DNA of 63,377 nt, filler included, from Octopus bimaculoides (GCF_001194135.2; 5 parts of 5 records of this genome joined end to end with filler, not necessarily neighbours in it); one strand, 5' to 3'; shown: positions 1 through 12,811, numbered from the whole stretch's first letter. Notes: generated by a model from the sequence alone, not told the origin. Translations and numbers: made by a program.

Positions 1-249
1 TATATATCGGAGGTAGACAAAAAGATCGTCCCACCGACGGCTAGCGGGAACGCTTGATGCATTTTGAACTTGTTGGGTTTTATCACCGACATATGCTCGC
101 AGCCAGATTCCTAGACGAAAATTTTCGCTTCGGTTATTTAGAAAACCGTGAATAATACGTTTAGAGGTATGGCAAATAATTGTTGAGCAGAATGTAAATC
201 CAGTGTATGCAATTGAAGCATCGTTTAATTAAACTAGTCTTCTTTGGTG

Positions 250-615
250 CGGGTGAGGCTGTGTGGTTAGAAGTTTGCTTTCCAACCACATGGTCCTGGC
301 TTCAGTCCCACTGCATGGAATCTAGGGCAAGTGTCTTCTGCTATAGCTTCGGGTCGATCAAAGCCTTGTGAGTGGATTTGGTAGACGGAAACTGAAAGAA
401 ACCCGTCGCGTATATTTATTGTGCTCGCGTATGTGTGTGTGTGTGTGTGTGGTGTGTGTATTTGCTGCGTTTGTTCACCATCATTGCTTGATAACTGCTG
501 TTGGTTTGTTTAAGTTCCCGTAATTTAGCGGTTCGGAAAAAGAGACCAGGGTCTTCAAGGTAGTGCCCCAGCATGGCTGCAGTCAAATGACTGAAACAAA
601 TAAAAGATAAAAGAT
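250..615 (+). mobile_element. tRNA-derived SINE family A (CORE-like segment, internal (TA/TG)n microsatellite), near full length
   Basis: Head ggctgtgtggttagaagtttgc...ttcagtcccactgc, ctagggcaagtgtcttc core-like segment, internal TG tract, tail ccccagcatggctgcagtcaaatgactgaaacaaataaaaga; same sequence recurs >12 times in the window. Confidence 0.85.
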
Positions 616-1214
616 ACACCGTTGAGAGGCAAGATGCTACCGTTTTCATTCAAGATAAAATCTTTTAAAGATGGTATATACTTTAGATTTGATAGATAGA
701 TGGCTATTTTAAATCAATGCTGCTTCAGTTGCGCGCAGTGAATCAACAACAAACTTCTTTGAATTCGGCAGAAACTTTGTACAATGACAAAAACAAAAAT
801 AATCAAAATATGATTGCAATATCTTGGTGATGATGTTTACTGGAGTGAAAAAGTGTAAGAGGCTTCTGGCCTCTCGTTTGATGTGGATTCTTGATCAATT
901 ATCGCATTCAGTGAAAATGTGTACTTTCATTTCGGTGAGGGGCTTCCAGTTGATGAGTTTAAAAAGATAGGAATTTTTAGATTCCTATGCTCTTGTAAAT
1001 GCAAGTAATTTTGAACGTGGAGTGCACAGCATGAAAGAATAAAAATAATAATATAAAAATATTCTTCTAGATCAGAAAAAAAAGGAATCCAAACGTGGCT
1101 GAAAAAATATCCCAGCAGTGTTTGAATTTTAAAATTGATCTTATCTGAGAATTTTAATTGTCATCCATTTAACTTATTTTAATGAAATATTCACATTAAG
1201 AGCTTCTTTTTTTT

Positions 1215-1392
1215 ATACTTGTCTTTTAGTTGTTTCAGTTATTGGACTACGGCCATGCTGGGGCACAAGCTTTTGAAGAATTTTAGCCAACAGATCAATT
1301 CTAGTACTTGTCTTTTTTAAAGTCTGGTACATATTCTATCGGGTTATTGTACCGAACTACTAAGTTACGGGAACGTAAACAAACCAACATAT
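1215..1392 (-). mobile_element. SINE family A, 3' half
   Basis: Reverse complement of family A tail (tttcagtt...cggccatgctggggcac...taagttacggg). Confidence 0.75.
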
Positions 1393-1450
1393 ATATTCAT
1401 CTAGTGCAGGATGGCTACTACTGTGACACGTTCTCTCCAGTAATATTCTG

Positions 1451-1828
1451 TTCTATTCTAGGCACAAGGCCCGAAATTTTTGAGGAGTGGGGGACTAGTC
1501 GATTAGATCGACCCAGTATGCAACTGGTACTTAATTTATTGACCCCGAAAGGATGAAAGGCAAAGTCGACCTCGGCGGAATTTGAACTCAGAACGTAAAG
1601 ACAGACAAAATACCGTTAAGCATTTCGCCCGGTGTGCTAACGTTTCTGCCAGCTCGCCGCCTTGGAAATGTAATATATTCTTTACTACTCTGGGCACAAA
1701 ACCCGAAATTTTTTGGGAGAGGGCTAGTCGATTAGATCGACCCCAGCATGTAACTGGTACTTAATTTATCGACCGCGAAAGGATGAAAGGCAAAGTCGAC
1801 CTTGGTGGAATTTGAACACAGAACGTAG
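1451..1828 (-). mobile_element. Two tandem copies of tRNA-derived SINE family B (Meta-domain-like core)
   Basis: Minus strand reads aaggcggcgagctggcagaa (A box)...gagttcaaattcc (B box)...gtcgactttgcctttcatcctttcggggtc(a/g)ataaattaagtaccag; the second copy (1681-1828) lacks its head. Confidence 0.85.
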
Positions 1829-1997
1829 ACATCGTTTCCGCGTGAGGGAAGATTCTCAGATTCCCACACGCTTACAATATATGCCTTGACTTCTTAACTA
1901 GGTTGACGTAAATAGGGAAATGTTAACAGGCTTATCCAACGTAAGCCTTTTAACATCCCCTCTGTGTGTAGCCCCTTGTGGGCAATAAAAAAATAAG

Positions 1998-2545
1998 AAT
2001 CGTTAGCACGCCGGGCGAAATGCTTAGCGATATTTCGTCTGTCTTTAGGTTCTGAGTTCACATCCCACTGAGGTCGACTTTGCCTTTCATCCTTTCGGGG
2101 TCGATAAATTAAGTACCAGTTGCGTACTGGGGTCGATCTAATCGACTGTTCCCCATCACCAAAATTTCGAGCCTTGTGTTTACGTTCTGAGTTCAAATTC
2201 CGCCGAGGTCGACTTTGCCTGTCATCCTTTCGGGGTCGATAAATTAAGTACCAGTTGCGTTCTGGGGTCGATCTAATCGACTGGCGCCCTCTCCAAAAAT
2301 TTCGGGCCTTGTGCCTAGAGTAGAAAAGTAAAAGCGGTGAGCTGGCAGAATCGTTAGCACGCCGGGTGAAATGCTTAGCGGTATTTCGTCTGTCTTTACG
2401 TTCTGAGTTCAAATTCCGCCGAGGTCGACTTTGCCTTTCATCCTTTCGGGATCGATAAATTAAGTACCAGTTGCGTACTGGCGTCGATCTAATCGACTGG
2501 CCCCCCACTCCCCATAATTTCGGGCCTTGTGCCTAGAGGAGAAAA
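1998..2545 (+). mobile_element. Three head-to-tail copies of SINE family B
   Basis: Repeated gttctgagttcaaattccgccgaggtcgactttgcctttcatcctttcggggtcgataaattaagtaccag units at ~2050, ~2185 and ~2400; ORF 1894..2508 is an artefact of this array. Confidence 0.88.
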
Positions 2546-5129
2546 GTATATTTCGTAATTACATTGTTTGTTTTACTATTTGTTTTACTTCTTATTGCTT
2601 GATCATGGGAGGAGGCACAGTAAGCGTGGTCTCTTTCAAGGAGGTTCGTGTAGTTTGTTTGTGTAGTTTATTAGTCGTATAGTTTATCTGAAACATTGTA
2701 ACAATACATTTAAAAGTGATTTAGAAAGCCTCTTCCATTACAGCGTAAGTTGTAAAAACAAGCGAATAGCAATAAAAAATGTAGATTCACAGTTTTACTT
2801 TATGTTTCGATGTTTCTACTGAAGACGCTTGTCAATAAAAATAATAAAAAAACTGACTGAGTTTAGCTCTGATCTGTACAAATATATGAAATGTATAGCG
2901 ATGTGCGACATGCAAAGATTAGTAGAGTTAAATCAATCAATTAGTGTCGTGCAACTCTCGTCTGTTGTTGATGGTTGATTTGAAATCTTAATAAAGAACA
3001 GCCCTTTTCATTCTCATATTCTCGTTATTCCGTTATGCGGTTTTCATGCGAACGATATGCTGCTTACAATAATTTTCACGGTGTTTTCTGACCGATCGGA
3101 CATTTGTGTAAATATGTTCCTTTACACAAATGTGCTGCATACATACGGTGCTAGTTTTGTAAAATTCCATGCTTACATTGTTTTCACGTGTGGGAAGATT
3201 CTCAAATTCCCACACGCTTACAATATATGCCTTGACTTCTTAACTAGCTTGACGTAAATATGGAAATGTTAACAGGCTTATCCAACGTAAAGCCTTTTAA
3301 CATAGCGAAAAATATCTCATACATAAAGTGAGTTTATTATTATGTGTGAAGTCATTTGTTCTATTTCAAGCTCCCTGATATTCGTGTATATAACTGTGTA
3401 AGAATTCTATCGCGCTATTTTAGTGTGTACTTGTGTGTAACTGTGTTTTCGATACTAATTGCGTTAGGAGTGTGTGAAAGAAAAAAAAGAGTTTAGCATC
3501 TACTGAATAATATTAAATAAAAGCGACATATACATAATCTTTTCAAAAGAATTGTCATTTACCGTTAAGTGTTGACATAGTTTTCTGTTCGATGAATGCC
3601 GTGTAAACACCTGCCTCAAATATTATTTTACTATTAAATATAAGTTAACGAGAGCATTTCGGTCCGGTGTTGTTTGTTCTGCTTTTAGCAATGGGTTTAA
3701 CCTTGAATTAACCCTGATTAAAGGGACCTTTCATCAAAAGCAGTCCCGGCATGGCCATTGCTTCTTTTTTTAGGGGTATGTCTAAACTTACATTTTCCAA
3801 AGTATTTTATTTAGGGCTGACTACGTATATGGTGTAATTTAAGAGAGATTTAGCTGCTATTTCTAATTGGTTTTGGTTGAATGGCAATGCAGGGGTTCTA
3901 AGATATGCTCTACGCGCTCGCATGTGTCTGTGTATGTGTATATGTATTGTGTATGTATTTGCGTGATGCTATATATATATATATATATAGTACCTTTCTA
4001 TCTATGAGGAAGCCATAGCAATCAATAGACAGGGGACAATGGTGTATAATTAAGAGCCAGCATCAATGACAACGATCAATAGACAAGGGACAATCATATG
4101 TAATTAAGAACAAACAACAAATGTAACATTTGTAATAATTACTAAACAGATCAAGACGATATTTCCAGATAAATCGTTTATTTTATTCCTGGACAATTGC
4201 AATCAATTAGAGATTATTGAGTTCTCGTTTCTATGTCTGTGTTAACTGTCTGACTGTTATCCGTGATATATCATTGTATTTTTATTTACTGCGATTCTTG
4301 TAAGCCATTGTCTGGTACGGCATCATTAAAGACGAAACCATCTGTACGTTGTTTTGACTTGAACGAATATTGCTGACTTGTGGAGTTAAGGCAAACTGCT
4401 GCTGTTGTGTGTAGGACGAATTTGGTTATCAGCCGAGTCCATCGTTAGGATCATTCCATTGTCCGCCTTTGACAAAACAGTGCAACAGTGTTCCACTGCC
4501 TGGTGGCTATGGCAATAGAGGTTGCGTGGTGCGCAAGGCTGAAAGAACTGAGAGGGATTTCTCGAGTAAGCTTTAAAATGAAGAATGGAACTACGAATTG
4601 CAAAGCAGTGAAACGGTCGTCAATTTCTCAGTTTTCAGTGGTCGCCATTTACAAAATTAAGTAATGGTGATTGATTAAAGCAAATGGCGCATTTAAATAT
4701 TTTGACTACAGCCATACCACAGTATCGATGTTATGACAAAGACCGCGAACCCTGTGCTTTCATTTTAGATAATCTGGTGATTAAGTCGAAGAAGTTCCTT
4801 GTAAATTTACTAAAAGAGAAAATATGCTGAGACGTTTCAGTACAGACCAGTTAAACTGCACCGGGGTTGGTCCGGTCCGGACCTCTAAGTGAAGGGGAAC
4901 TGAGACGAGGTTACACGGAGGGTGGAAGTCTTCACTCAGAAATGGGTCAACGGGACGCTAGCCTTGAAAGGTCGAGCTGATGAGGCGAATGTCTGCATCG
5001 CTTTCGTCATAACTTATCGTTTGATCATCGTGCCTCTCCCCAATTCCTGTTTGGACAGATTGAGGTGTCGGCTCTTCCGCTTCGAGCGGAAGGACGAATA
5101 TAAATGATGATCAAGGAGTCCATTTGTTA

Positions 5130-5334
5130 TTAGAACCCTTTAGATGATACAGGCATGCCGTTGGAGATATTCACCCCTGGATAACGTCGCTTTGTACTTA
5201 TCTGCATCTCTTCGGGAAGGTGCTCGAAAATAAGAAGTGGAAAAATAGGAACTGGTAGTGAACAACTGGCACCGTAGTACATCTCCAGCGTTAGAAGCTG
5301 TGCAAAGGCAATAATAATAATAATAATAATAATA

Positions 5335-5365
<31 letters not shown>
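5130..5365 (+). mobile_element. Probable 3' end of R4/Dong-like non-LTR element with (AAT)n tail
   Basis: Degenerate ...CTYLHLFGKVLE resembling the GTAHILRKVL C-terminus, short 3' UTR, then (AAT)n; weak, needs frameshift. Confidence 0.4.
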
Positions 5366-5369
<4 letters not shown>

Positions 5370-5371
5370 CA

Positions 5372-5414
<43 letters not shown>

Positions 5415-5459
5415 TGTTGCTGCTGTTGTTATTGTTATTATTATTACTGCTGCTGCTGC

Positions 5460-5511
<52 letters not shown>

Positions 5512-5525
5512 ATTATTACTGTTGT
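5310..5525. repeat. Compound microsatellite (AAT)n/(ATT)n/(GTT)n
   Basis: Direct reading. Confidence 0.95.
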
Positions 5526-5668
5526 CAATGTTGATGCTATTGATTAAAAATTGATTTCTTACTCGAGTTTTATCTTGTGAGTCATCAAGATAATGAATTG
5601 AAAGAAAAAGTTACACGCACCCCCCCCACACACACACATGCACACACACATACACACGCGCATATATG

Positions 5669-5703
<35 letters not shown>

Positions 5704-6001
5704 GTTTATGTATTTGTTTTGCAAGATTCTTGATGTGAAATATATGTGCGTGTATGTATGTGTGTGTGTGCGTGTATGTGTGTATAAAGAGAGAAAGAAG
5801 GAGAGAGAGAGCGAGAGAGAGAGGGAGAGAGAGAGAGAGAGAGAGAGAGGTTAACTCGTCCTCCTAATAACTACAAATTAACAACAAATCCTTTACCCAG
5901 ATCAGAGCGAAACTTAGAATGGACTATCGACGTTCGATATAATACACATGTCCATCCATTTCCATTCTAGCCAACGTATTGAGTTCTATATCAGATAATA
6001 T

Positions 6002-6580
6002 GGCTGTGTGGTAAGAACGTTGTTTTCCATCCACATGGTCGCGGGTTCAGTCCCACTGCGTGTCACCTTGAGCAAGTACTTCTACTATATCCTCGGGCCG
6101 ATCAAAGCCTTATGAATAGATTTGGTAGAGGTAGACTGAAACAAGCACGTCGTGTGTGTGGGTATTATATATATATATATATTCTTATATACGTTTCAGC
6201 CCAAAAGTTGTGGCCATGCTGGAGCACCGCCAGTGTTATCACCTTTTCAATGGCTAATCTTATGTGTTTGGCATTTGGTCAAAGAAGGAGTTGAACACTA
6301 CTGCCTCTTTTGAGATTCCTGCCGTGATATAGACTTCAACGCGACGGGTGAGGCTCTCTATCATGGTAACGGGTACTGAGGAAGGTGGGGCTATTATGCC
6401 AATCCAGAAACCGGTCCACGTGAGTCCAAATACTTGAATGTATGCTGAAAGATGGTCTTAGCCCGTTTGCCTTCGGACGGTTGATTTCTGTAGTTATTAT
6501 CAGTTTATTCTGGTGAATTAAATAAGAGTTTTGTCTGTTATTTCCAGCACGTAGACATACCTAGTATGTCCTTTCATTAA

Positions 6581-6630
<50 letters not shown>

Positions 6631-6860
6631 TGTATGTATGTGTGTGTGTGTTTGTTTATGCCTTTATCCCCCACACTGTTTTATAACTGGTGTTAGTTTG
6701 TTTACGTTCCCCTAACTTTGTGGCTCGACAAAAGAGACCAATAGAATAATTACCAGGCTTTAAAACAGGTGCTGGAGTTAATTTGTTCTACTTAAATCCT
6801 ATTAAGATTGTGCCCCAGCATGGCCGCAGGCCAGCGACTGAAACAAGTGAAAGATAAAAG
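6002..6860 (+). mobile_element. SINE family A split by a ~450 bp insertion (head 6002-6150, tail 6640-6860)
   Basis: Head ggctgtgtggtaagaacg...; tail gtgccccagcatggccgcagg...gaaacaagt. Confidence 0.75.
6295..6560 (-). pseudogene. Possible Penelope-like RT thumb fragment
   Basis: Minus translation ...THVDRFLDWHNSP / TMIESLTRRVEVYI resembles THTDRYL.W.S.HP...I.SL..RA; frameshifted, low similarity. Confidence 0.3.
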
Positions 6861-7049
6861 ATAGTTTACAACGCTTACCTTGCTGTGTGTGTGTGTATGT
6901 ATGTGTGTGTGTGTGTGTGTGTGTGTAATGAGGTACACTAAATGTGATTCAGATACTTTAGCGGGAAAAACTGAAGTGTAAAGGAAGAAAGGGTCACCGT
7001 ATGTTATGCAAGGTTTGAGAATAAAAAAAAGCAAAAACTTTTATTTAAG

Positions 7050-7521
7050 CAATAATAAATCTCTGAGCGAAACGTAAACAGTAGCAGCACAGAATCGTGA
7101 AGTATATGTGCCGCCTAAATGTGGCAGACCCATAGGGGACGATGCTACTGTTGTTTATCTCCTCCATCTGTCTAACGACACACTGTCTGTGTCCAATTAG
7201 TATTTGCGAAGGGAAATCATCGTTCCCATCCTTAGCCTTACGGACCCGTCACTGGAAAAAGCATATGGTATTTTGCGTCTGGAATCAGTTCTCGTCCCTA
7301 GCTGGTGATTGTCAGACGCTGATGACGGGTTACTATTCAGAAACCCGGGCCCGTGTGCATCACGTAAGGCTAGAGATGGGGGGACGATGATTTCCCAAAT
7401 ACTGATCGGACACAGATAGTGTGTCATGAGACAGCTGGAGGAAATATCTTCCTGGGGCTATAAACAACAGTAGCATCGTCCCCGATGGGTCCACCACATT
7501 TAGGTGGCAAATATACTTCAC
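7050..7521. mobile_element. Foldback element: ~145-160 bp imperfect inverted arms (7097-7242 / 7363-7521), ~120 bp spacer, 14-bp flanking direct repeat
   Basis: gtgaagtatatgtgccgcctaaatgtgg... pairs with ...ccacatttaggtggcaaatatacttcac; AACTTTTATTTAAG at 7036-7049 and 7522-7535. Confidence 0.8.
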
Positions 7522-7619
7522 AACTTTTATTTAAGACAAATTATAAGAAAATTGAAGCTACAAGTATTTTAAGCTGCACTCTAACATGACATTGATATCA
7601 GAGGATGGGTAACTGGTCA

Positions 7620-7860
7620 TCGTCATCATCATCATCATCATCATCGTCCCGTGGTGCTTATTGCACGGATCGCCGTGACTCATTCTCTCCTGTCTGTTCG
7701 GTCCGCCATTGCACGTAATAGGTCTTCTCCGGTGAACTCAGGAGTCCTCGCACTGTTGTTTTATGCAGGCTTGATGTGGTCCATCAATATATGCCGACCC
7801 TTGCTCCAGTTCACATAGAAAAACGTCGCTGATGATCTCTTCCTTTGCTGGAGTTAAATA
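7620..7860 (-). mobile_element. 3' terminal fragment of RTE/RTEX-type LINE with (GAT)n tail
   Basis: Minus strand ...YIDHIK...DLLRAMADRTDRRE* followed by gatgatgatg tail, typical RTE C-terminus. Confidence 0.6.
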
Positions 7861-8966
7861 TGCTATTAAATAAGGACAACCATTTTAATAAAATACTATT
7901 ACGTAGTATATTGAAATATTACTACAAAATGTTAAAGAAAAAATATTGAAAAATATTGAAAATTATTCTGGATATTCATTTAATTTTAGTGAACTTCAAG
8001 AGGTATAAAGTTTTGAAGCTTTATTGCATTTTTTAAATGTAAATAACGAAATTTGGTGTTAGCAGTGGTGGTGGTGGTGGTGGTGGCNNNNNNNNNNNNN
8101 NNNNNNNNNNNNNNNNNNNNNNNNNNNNNNNNNNNNNNNNNNNNNNNNNNNNNNNNNNNNNNNNNNNNNNNNNNNNNNNNNNNNNNNNNNNNNNNNNNNN
8201 NNNNNNNNNNNNNNNNNNNNNNNNNNNNNNNNNNNNNNNNNNNNNNNNNNNNNNNNNNNNNNNNNNNNNNNNNNNNNNNNNNNNNNNNNNNNNNNNNNNN
8301 NNNNNNNNNNNNNNNNNNNNNNNNNNNNNNNNNNNNNNNNNNNNNNNNNNNNNNNNNNNNNNNNNNNNNNNNNNNNNNNNNNNNNNNNNNNNNNNNNNNN
8401 NNNNNNNNNNNNNNNNNNNNNNNNNNNNNNNNNNNNNNNNNNNNNNNNNNNNNNNNNNNNNNNNNNNNNNNNNNNNNNNNNNNNNNNNNNNNNNNNNNNN
8501 NNNNNNNNNNNNNNNNNNNNNNNNNNNNNNNNNNNNNNNNNNNNNNNNNNNNNNNNNNNNNNNNNNNNNNNNNNNNNNNNNNNNNNNNNNNNNNNNNNNN
8601 NNNNNNNNNNNNNNNNNNNNNNNNNNNNNNNNNNNNNNNNNNNNNNNNNNNNNNNNNNNNNNNNNNNNNNNNNNNNNNNNNNNNNNNNNNNNNNNNNNNN
8701 NNNNNNNNNNNNNNNNNNNNNNNNNNNNNNNNNNNNNNNNNNNNNNNNNNNNNNNNNNNNNNNNNNNNNNNNNNNNNNNNNNNNNNNNNNNNNNNNNNNN
8801 NNNNNNNNNNNNNNNNNNNNNNNNNNNNNNNNNNNNNNNNNNNNNNNNNNNNNNNNNNNNNNNNNNNNNNNNNNNNNNNNNNNNNNNNNNNNNNNNNNNN
8901 NNNNNNNNNNNNNNNNNNNNNNNNNNNNNNNNNNNNNNNNNNNNNNNNNNNNNNNNNNNNNNNNNN

Positions 8967-9029
<63 letters not shown>

Positions 9030-12022
9030 GGTATATTAATGACATGAGTGATGATGAAAGAATTCAAGTTATATTTGTTTTAGAAACTATAAATAAATAC
9101 GATTGATGAGCGTCTAAAAGTCTTTTCTGTACACTGCAGTTATGTTCACAATTATTTAATATGCTTAATTTCATGGTGTGGCATCTCCCTTTGTGTGTTT
9201 TATCACACTAGACTAAAAAGCTACTGCACATTCTTATTTATCTCTTACTAATAAGCTGGTTGGAATATTTTGAATGACATCAATATCCATGGTAAAAAAA
9301 AAATTACTGCACTTGAAATCCTTAGAATTGAATCGATTGAACCAAAACACCCTTATTTCACTTTTAAGGAACCTAAGAATAACTTTGCACACAATTCTTT
9401 TATTAAACAAATAACCTCATTAAAAGGGATATTTGTGTTTTCAGCAAACATTTTCTTGATAAAAGTGTATCAACACTTAAAGATAATTCTCCTTTACAGT
9501 TATGGGATAACATCCAAGCTCTTGTGCTACGTTTCGTGTCCTTCTCTCTCTCTCCCACTCTCTCCTACTCTTTCTCCCTCTCTCCCCAACAAACCAAACC
9601 TCAAAGTCTTATAATTTGATGTCACGAATTACTTTTCCTCACTCTCAGAACAAATACCACCAAAAATTCTTCATTTTCTCAAGATATTAACCAACACCAA
9701 GAAATTAATATCATTCTCCAAGATCGTAAGGCCATAAATGCATTCAATTTAGCATTGATATAGAGGGGGTCAACGATTCGGTATAAGCCGTCTACTTTGT
9801 TGTTTATATGTCTTATCCAAATTAAAATCTAAATTCCTACATAGAGAATGAAATGCACAAAGAAAGGACGGACTTCTGTCATTATGGAAGTTAACATCTC
9901 AACAAACGAAAGGGTAAAGAACAAGACTTGAATGTCGTTTTTTAAAACTTAGAGCTGCAAATTACTAGAGACATACACCCGTGTCTGCCCTGGATATTAC
10001 TCTGAGCTTTAACAAACACTTTTTATACTCCATACAAGAAACCTAATGGTACACTACACCAAATATGCAAACCCTGGAACCACTCTAACGAAAATAGAAA
10101 AATATTTTATTGAAACTGTCTAATCTTTTCGAAAATCAATGTAATTATTAATTATGCTCTCAGTACATACAATATATAGAAAATAAAGACCAATTTATAA
10201 TATCAGCGAAAAAGAAATACAATATGGTTTACTCTGCCATGTTTTCTTGCTGCAGTCACACTAGTCTTGAAAATATTTTATAATAAATTGAATAAAAGTT
10301 TCATCTCCTAAACTTTACGCTAAAACATTAAATTTTATTATAAAAAATCTCGCGTAAAATTTAAGTACCCTAATTAATCCAAACTAAAATGGATTATCAT
10401 TAATTCAGCTTTAGTTACAATTGTATCTGCACAAATTTCCCAAATTTTTACTATAGTTTAATGACAAAACTCAAGATATAACATACCAAGCTACTGTAGA
10501 AATTAACAACTTAACAATGCCTGTGAATCTCTTCAAATTACGATACCACTTACATTCATACACTTTTGGTAATCAGGACAAATGCAACGACACGTCATTT
10601 AAAAATTTTATATGAAACCTAAAACTGGAAACCATTAATTAGAACTTGAAATAAAGGATATTCTATTCCATTAAATCTTATATTAGCAATAGAATAAGCG
10701 TACCAAACTATACACACCAGAGAGATTTTATATCTTTGCAAAACTATCATTTCTTAACTACCACTCTGAACGTATTTCCCTTTGATCACATAATGCATTT
10801 AAAATCAAATCATTGTTCTATTCTAAAGGATACACATCACTTCGTACTAGTGACAATCAGTAAACATTCACGCTTCTGTATTTGATATTTTATATAGGTT
10901 TTTCTTCTTTTTTTTGTGCCGAGAAGACCTAAACTTACAATATCTTTGCACTAAGCTGCATTATAATTCTAGAATGCGTTTTTCCCTACACTACAACCCA
11001 GAGCAGTTAAAGTCACTATATATGTCTCATGCCACTTTCCCATTCAGTTAATATCAAGCACCAATTTCTCATTTTTTTCATTACTATTTCTAGGAAACTT
11101 ATAACCAGCGTACACTGCGTGTCATTGTTCTAAACTACTTTATAATTATAAATCTGAACATTTCTAGCATTTCTTCCTTTCTGACCTTCCACCTATAACA
11201 CTAACATTTATTACTTACGCCATACCATTTTCTTCAAGCTTAACATTACAGGCTCATGTATCATGTTTTGGATTATTCCTAAGACGACGTTAACCACCTC
11301 TCAATCACCAACTCTTACACCAGAATCAAATATTGATATCTAAATTTTAGTTCAACCAGCCAGTCTTCGTTATACTGTAAATTATATGTTTAGCTTTATC
11401 TACACCCACTGCAACAAACTTCTATCACAGCTCAACTATAATCTTCTCTTTTTCACGCCATCTGCACTAAATATACCTTTGACTAAATTTTAAATACGCG
11501 TGAACTTCTTTCTTATAACCATGAGAGACATGGTATTTAGGACACACTCAGTAATCCGTATAAACACATAGGTTTGTCTCATGTCTCTATGTATACATAG
11601 ATGCATGCATACATACACATACACGTCGACACCACTCTAATATAATTAGATACGTAACGGCATAAATATTATCTCATCATTTGTTGAACATCGAGATAAC
11701 TTATATTTAACTATAATTATATTACCAACAAACAGTTTTTTTTTTCTTCTTACAAACACAACTTTCGGTTTCTAATATCACTCTCCTTCAGCGTTTCTAT
11801 GTGAAATCTCTTAATTATCACTTACAATATTAATGGTCTCATTCAGCCAGAAAACATCAATATAAGTATAGATATATTTTTACGAACTACCGTTCCCATA
11901 TTCACTTCATTTATTTTAAATTATGTTTTCACAACAATACATTTCTCTGATTACTTCTTCTTTACAATATTAAAATTACACAACATAACACATATATCTC
12001 ATTAAAAAAAAACTGGACTCAC

Positions 12023-12306
12023 CTCGACGTAATTGATGTACGTATCTATGTACATAGCATTATAAATTTCGCATAACTATTAATAGTTTATCGAATTTCT
12101 CTTCAAATAATAATATTTTATTATACATTTATATTTTCAACAGTTAAATAACAATACACTTCGATACATCACGGACTAAATTATCCCTCCATGGTGTTTC
12201 GAAAACAGATACAAAAGCAGCTTGAATTCTCTGAATTTAAACTCGGCAAGATATAGCCATTGCTGCAAAGAGTTGGAAAAAGATTTTCAGATTTTCTTGA
12301 TATTGC
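12023..12306 (-). other. Candidate 5' (UTR or first coding) exon of an unidentified minus-strand host gene
   Basis: Consensus donor GAG|GTGAGT at 12023/12022; possible acceptor cttctcactag| at 12307; possible in-frame ATG at 12055 (MYIDTYINYVE, phase 0); no downstream exon found. Confidence 0.3.
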
Positions 12307-12771
12307 CTAGTGAGAAGTACATCAAGGTCCATGGCTCTTACAATATATATATATATATATGGAACTTACAATATATATATATATAAATATTTCTCCCAGC
12401 GTTCACTATTTTCCTCTCGTTCTGGTCTAAAGACCCTTCATGTTTGTTTTCGTTCGGTTTCCTTGTATGTCTCCACTGTCATTATTTTTCTTCCCAACTT
12501 TGACCCTCCATAAATCCTAAATTTTATTTTAGAATTTAGGTGATCAGCTGTCTTTGAAGACACATATTGCCGTTGAATGTTCAAAAAGAGGAGTAGACAG
12601 ACAGCCGACAACTGATGAAGGGTCGTTCTCTGTGTTTACTTGTCCTGTTTTCAGTTTTCTTTTTCTCTCATTCTTTGCGTATTTAAATCGTTTCTTTTCG
12701 CATTTCATGTTGTGTACACAGTTGGTGACGTCCTGTGCCCATATNNNNNNNNNNNNNNNNNNNNNNNNNNN

Positions 12772-12811
<40 letters not shown>

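Noticed and set aside
700-1050. Broken ORF-like text (..ENVYFHFGEGLPVDEFKKIG../..ERGVHSMKE*)
   Set aside because: Multiple stops and no recognisable family; cannot be supported
4965-5000. GAAAggtc-gag-CTGATGA-ggc as a type II hammerhead
   Set aside because: Stems I, II and III do not pair correctly
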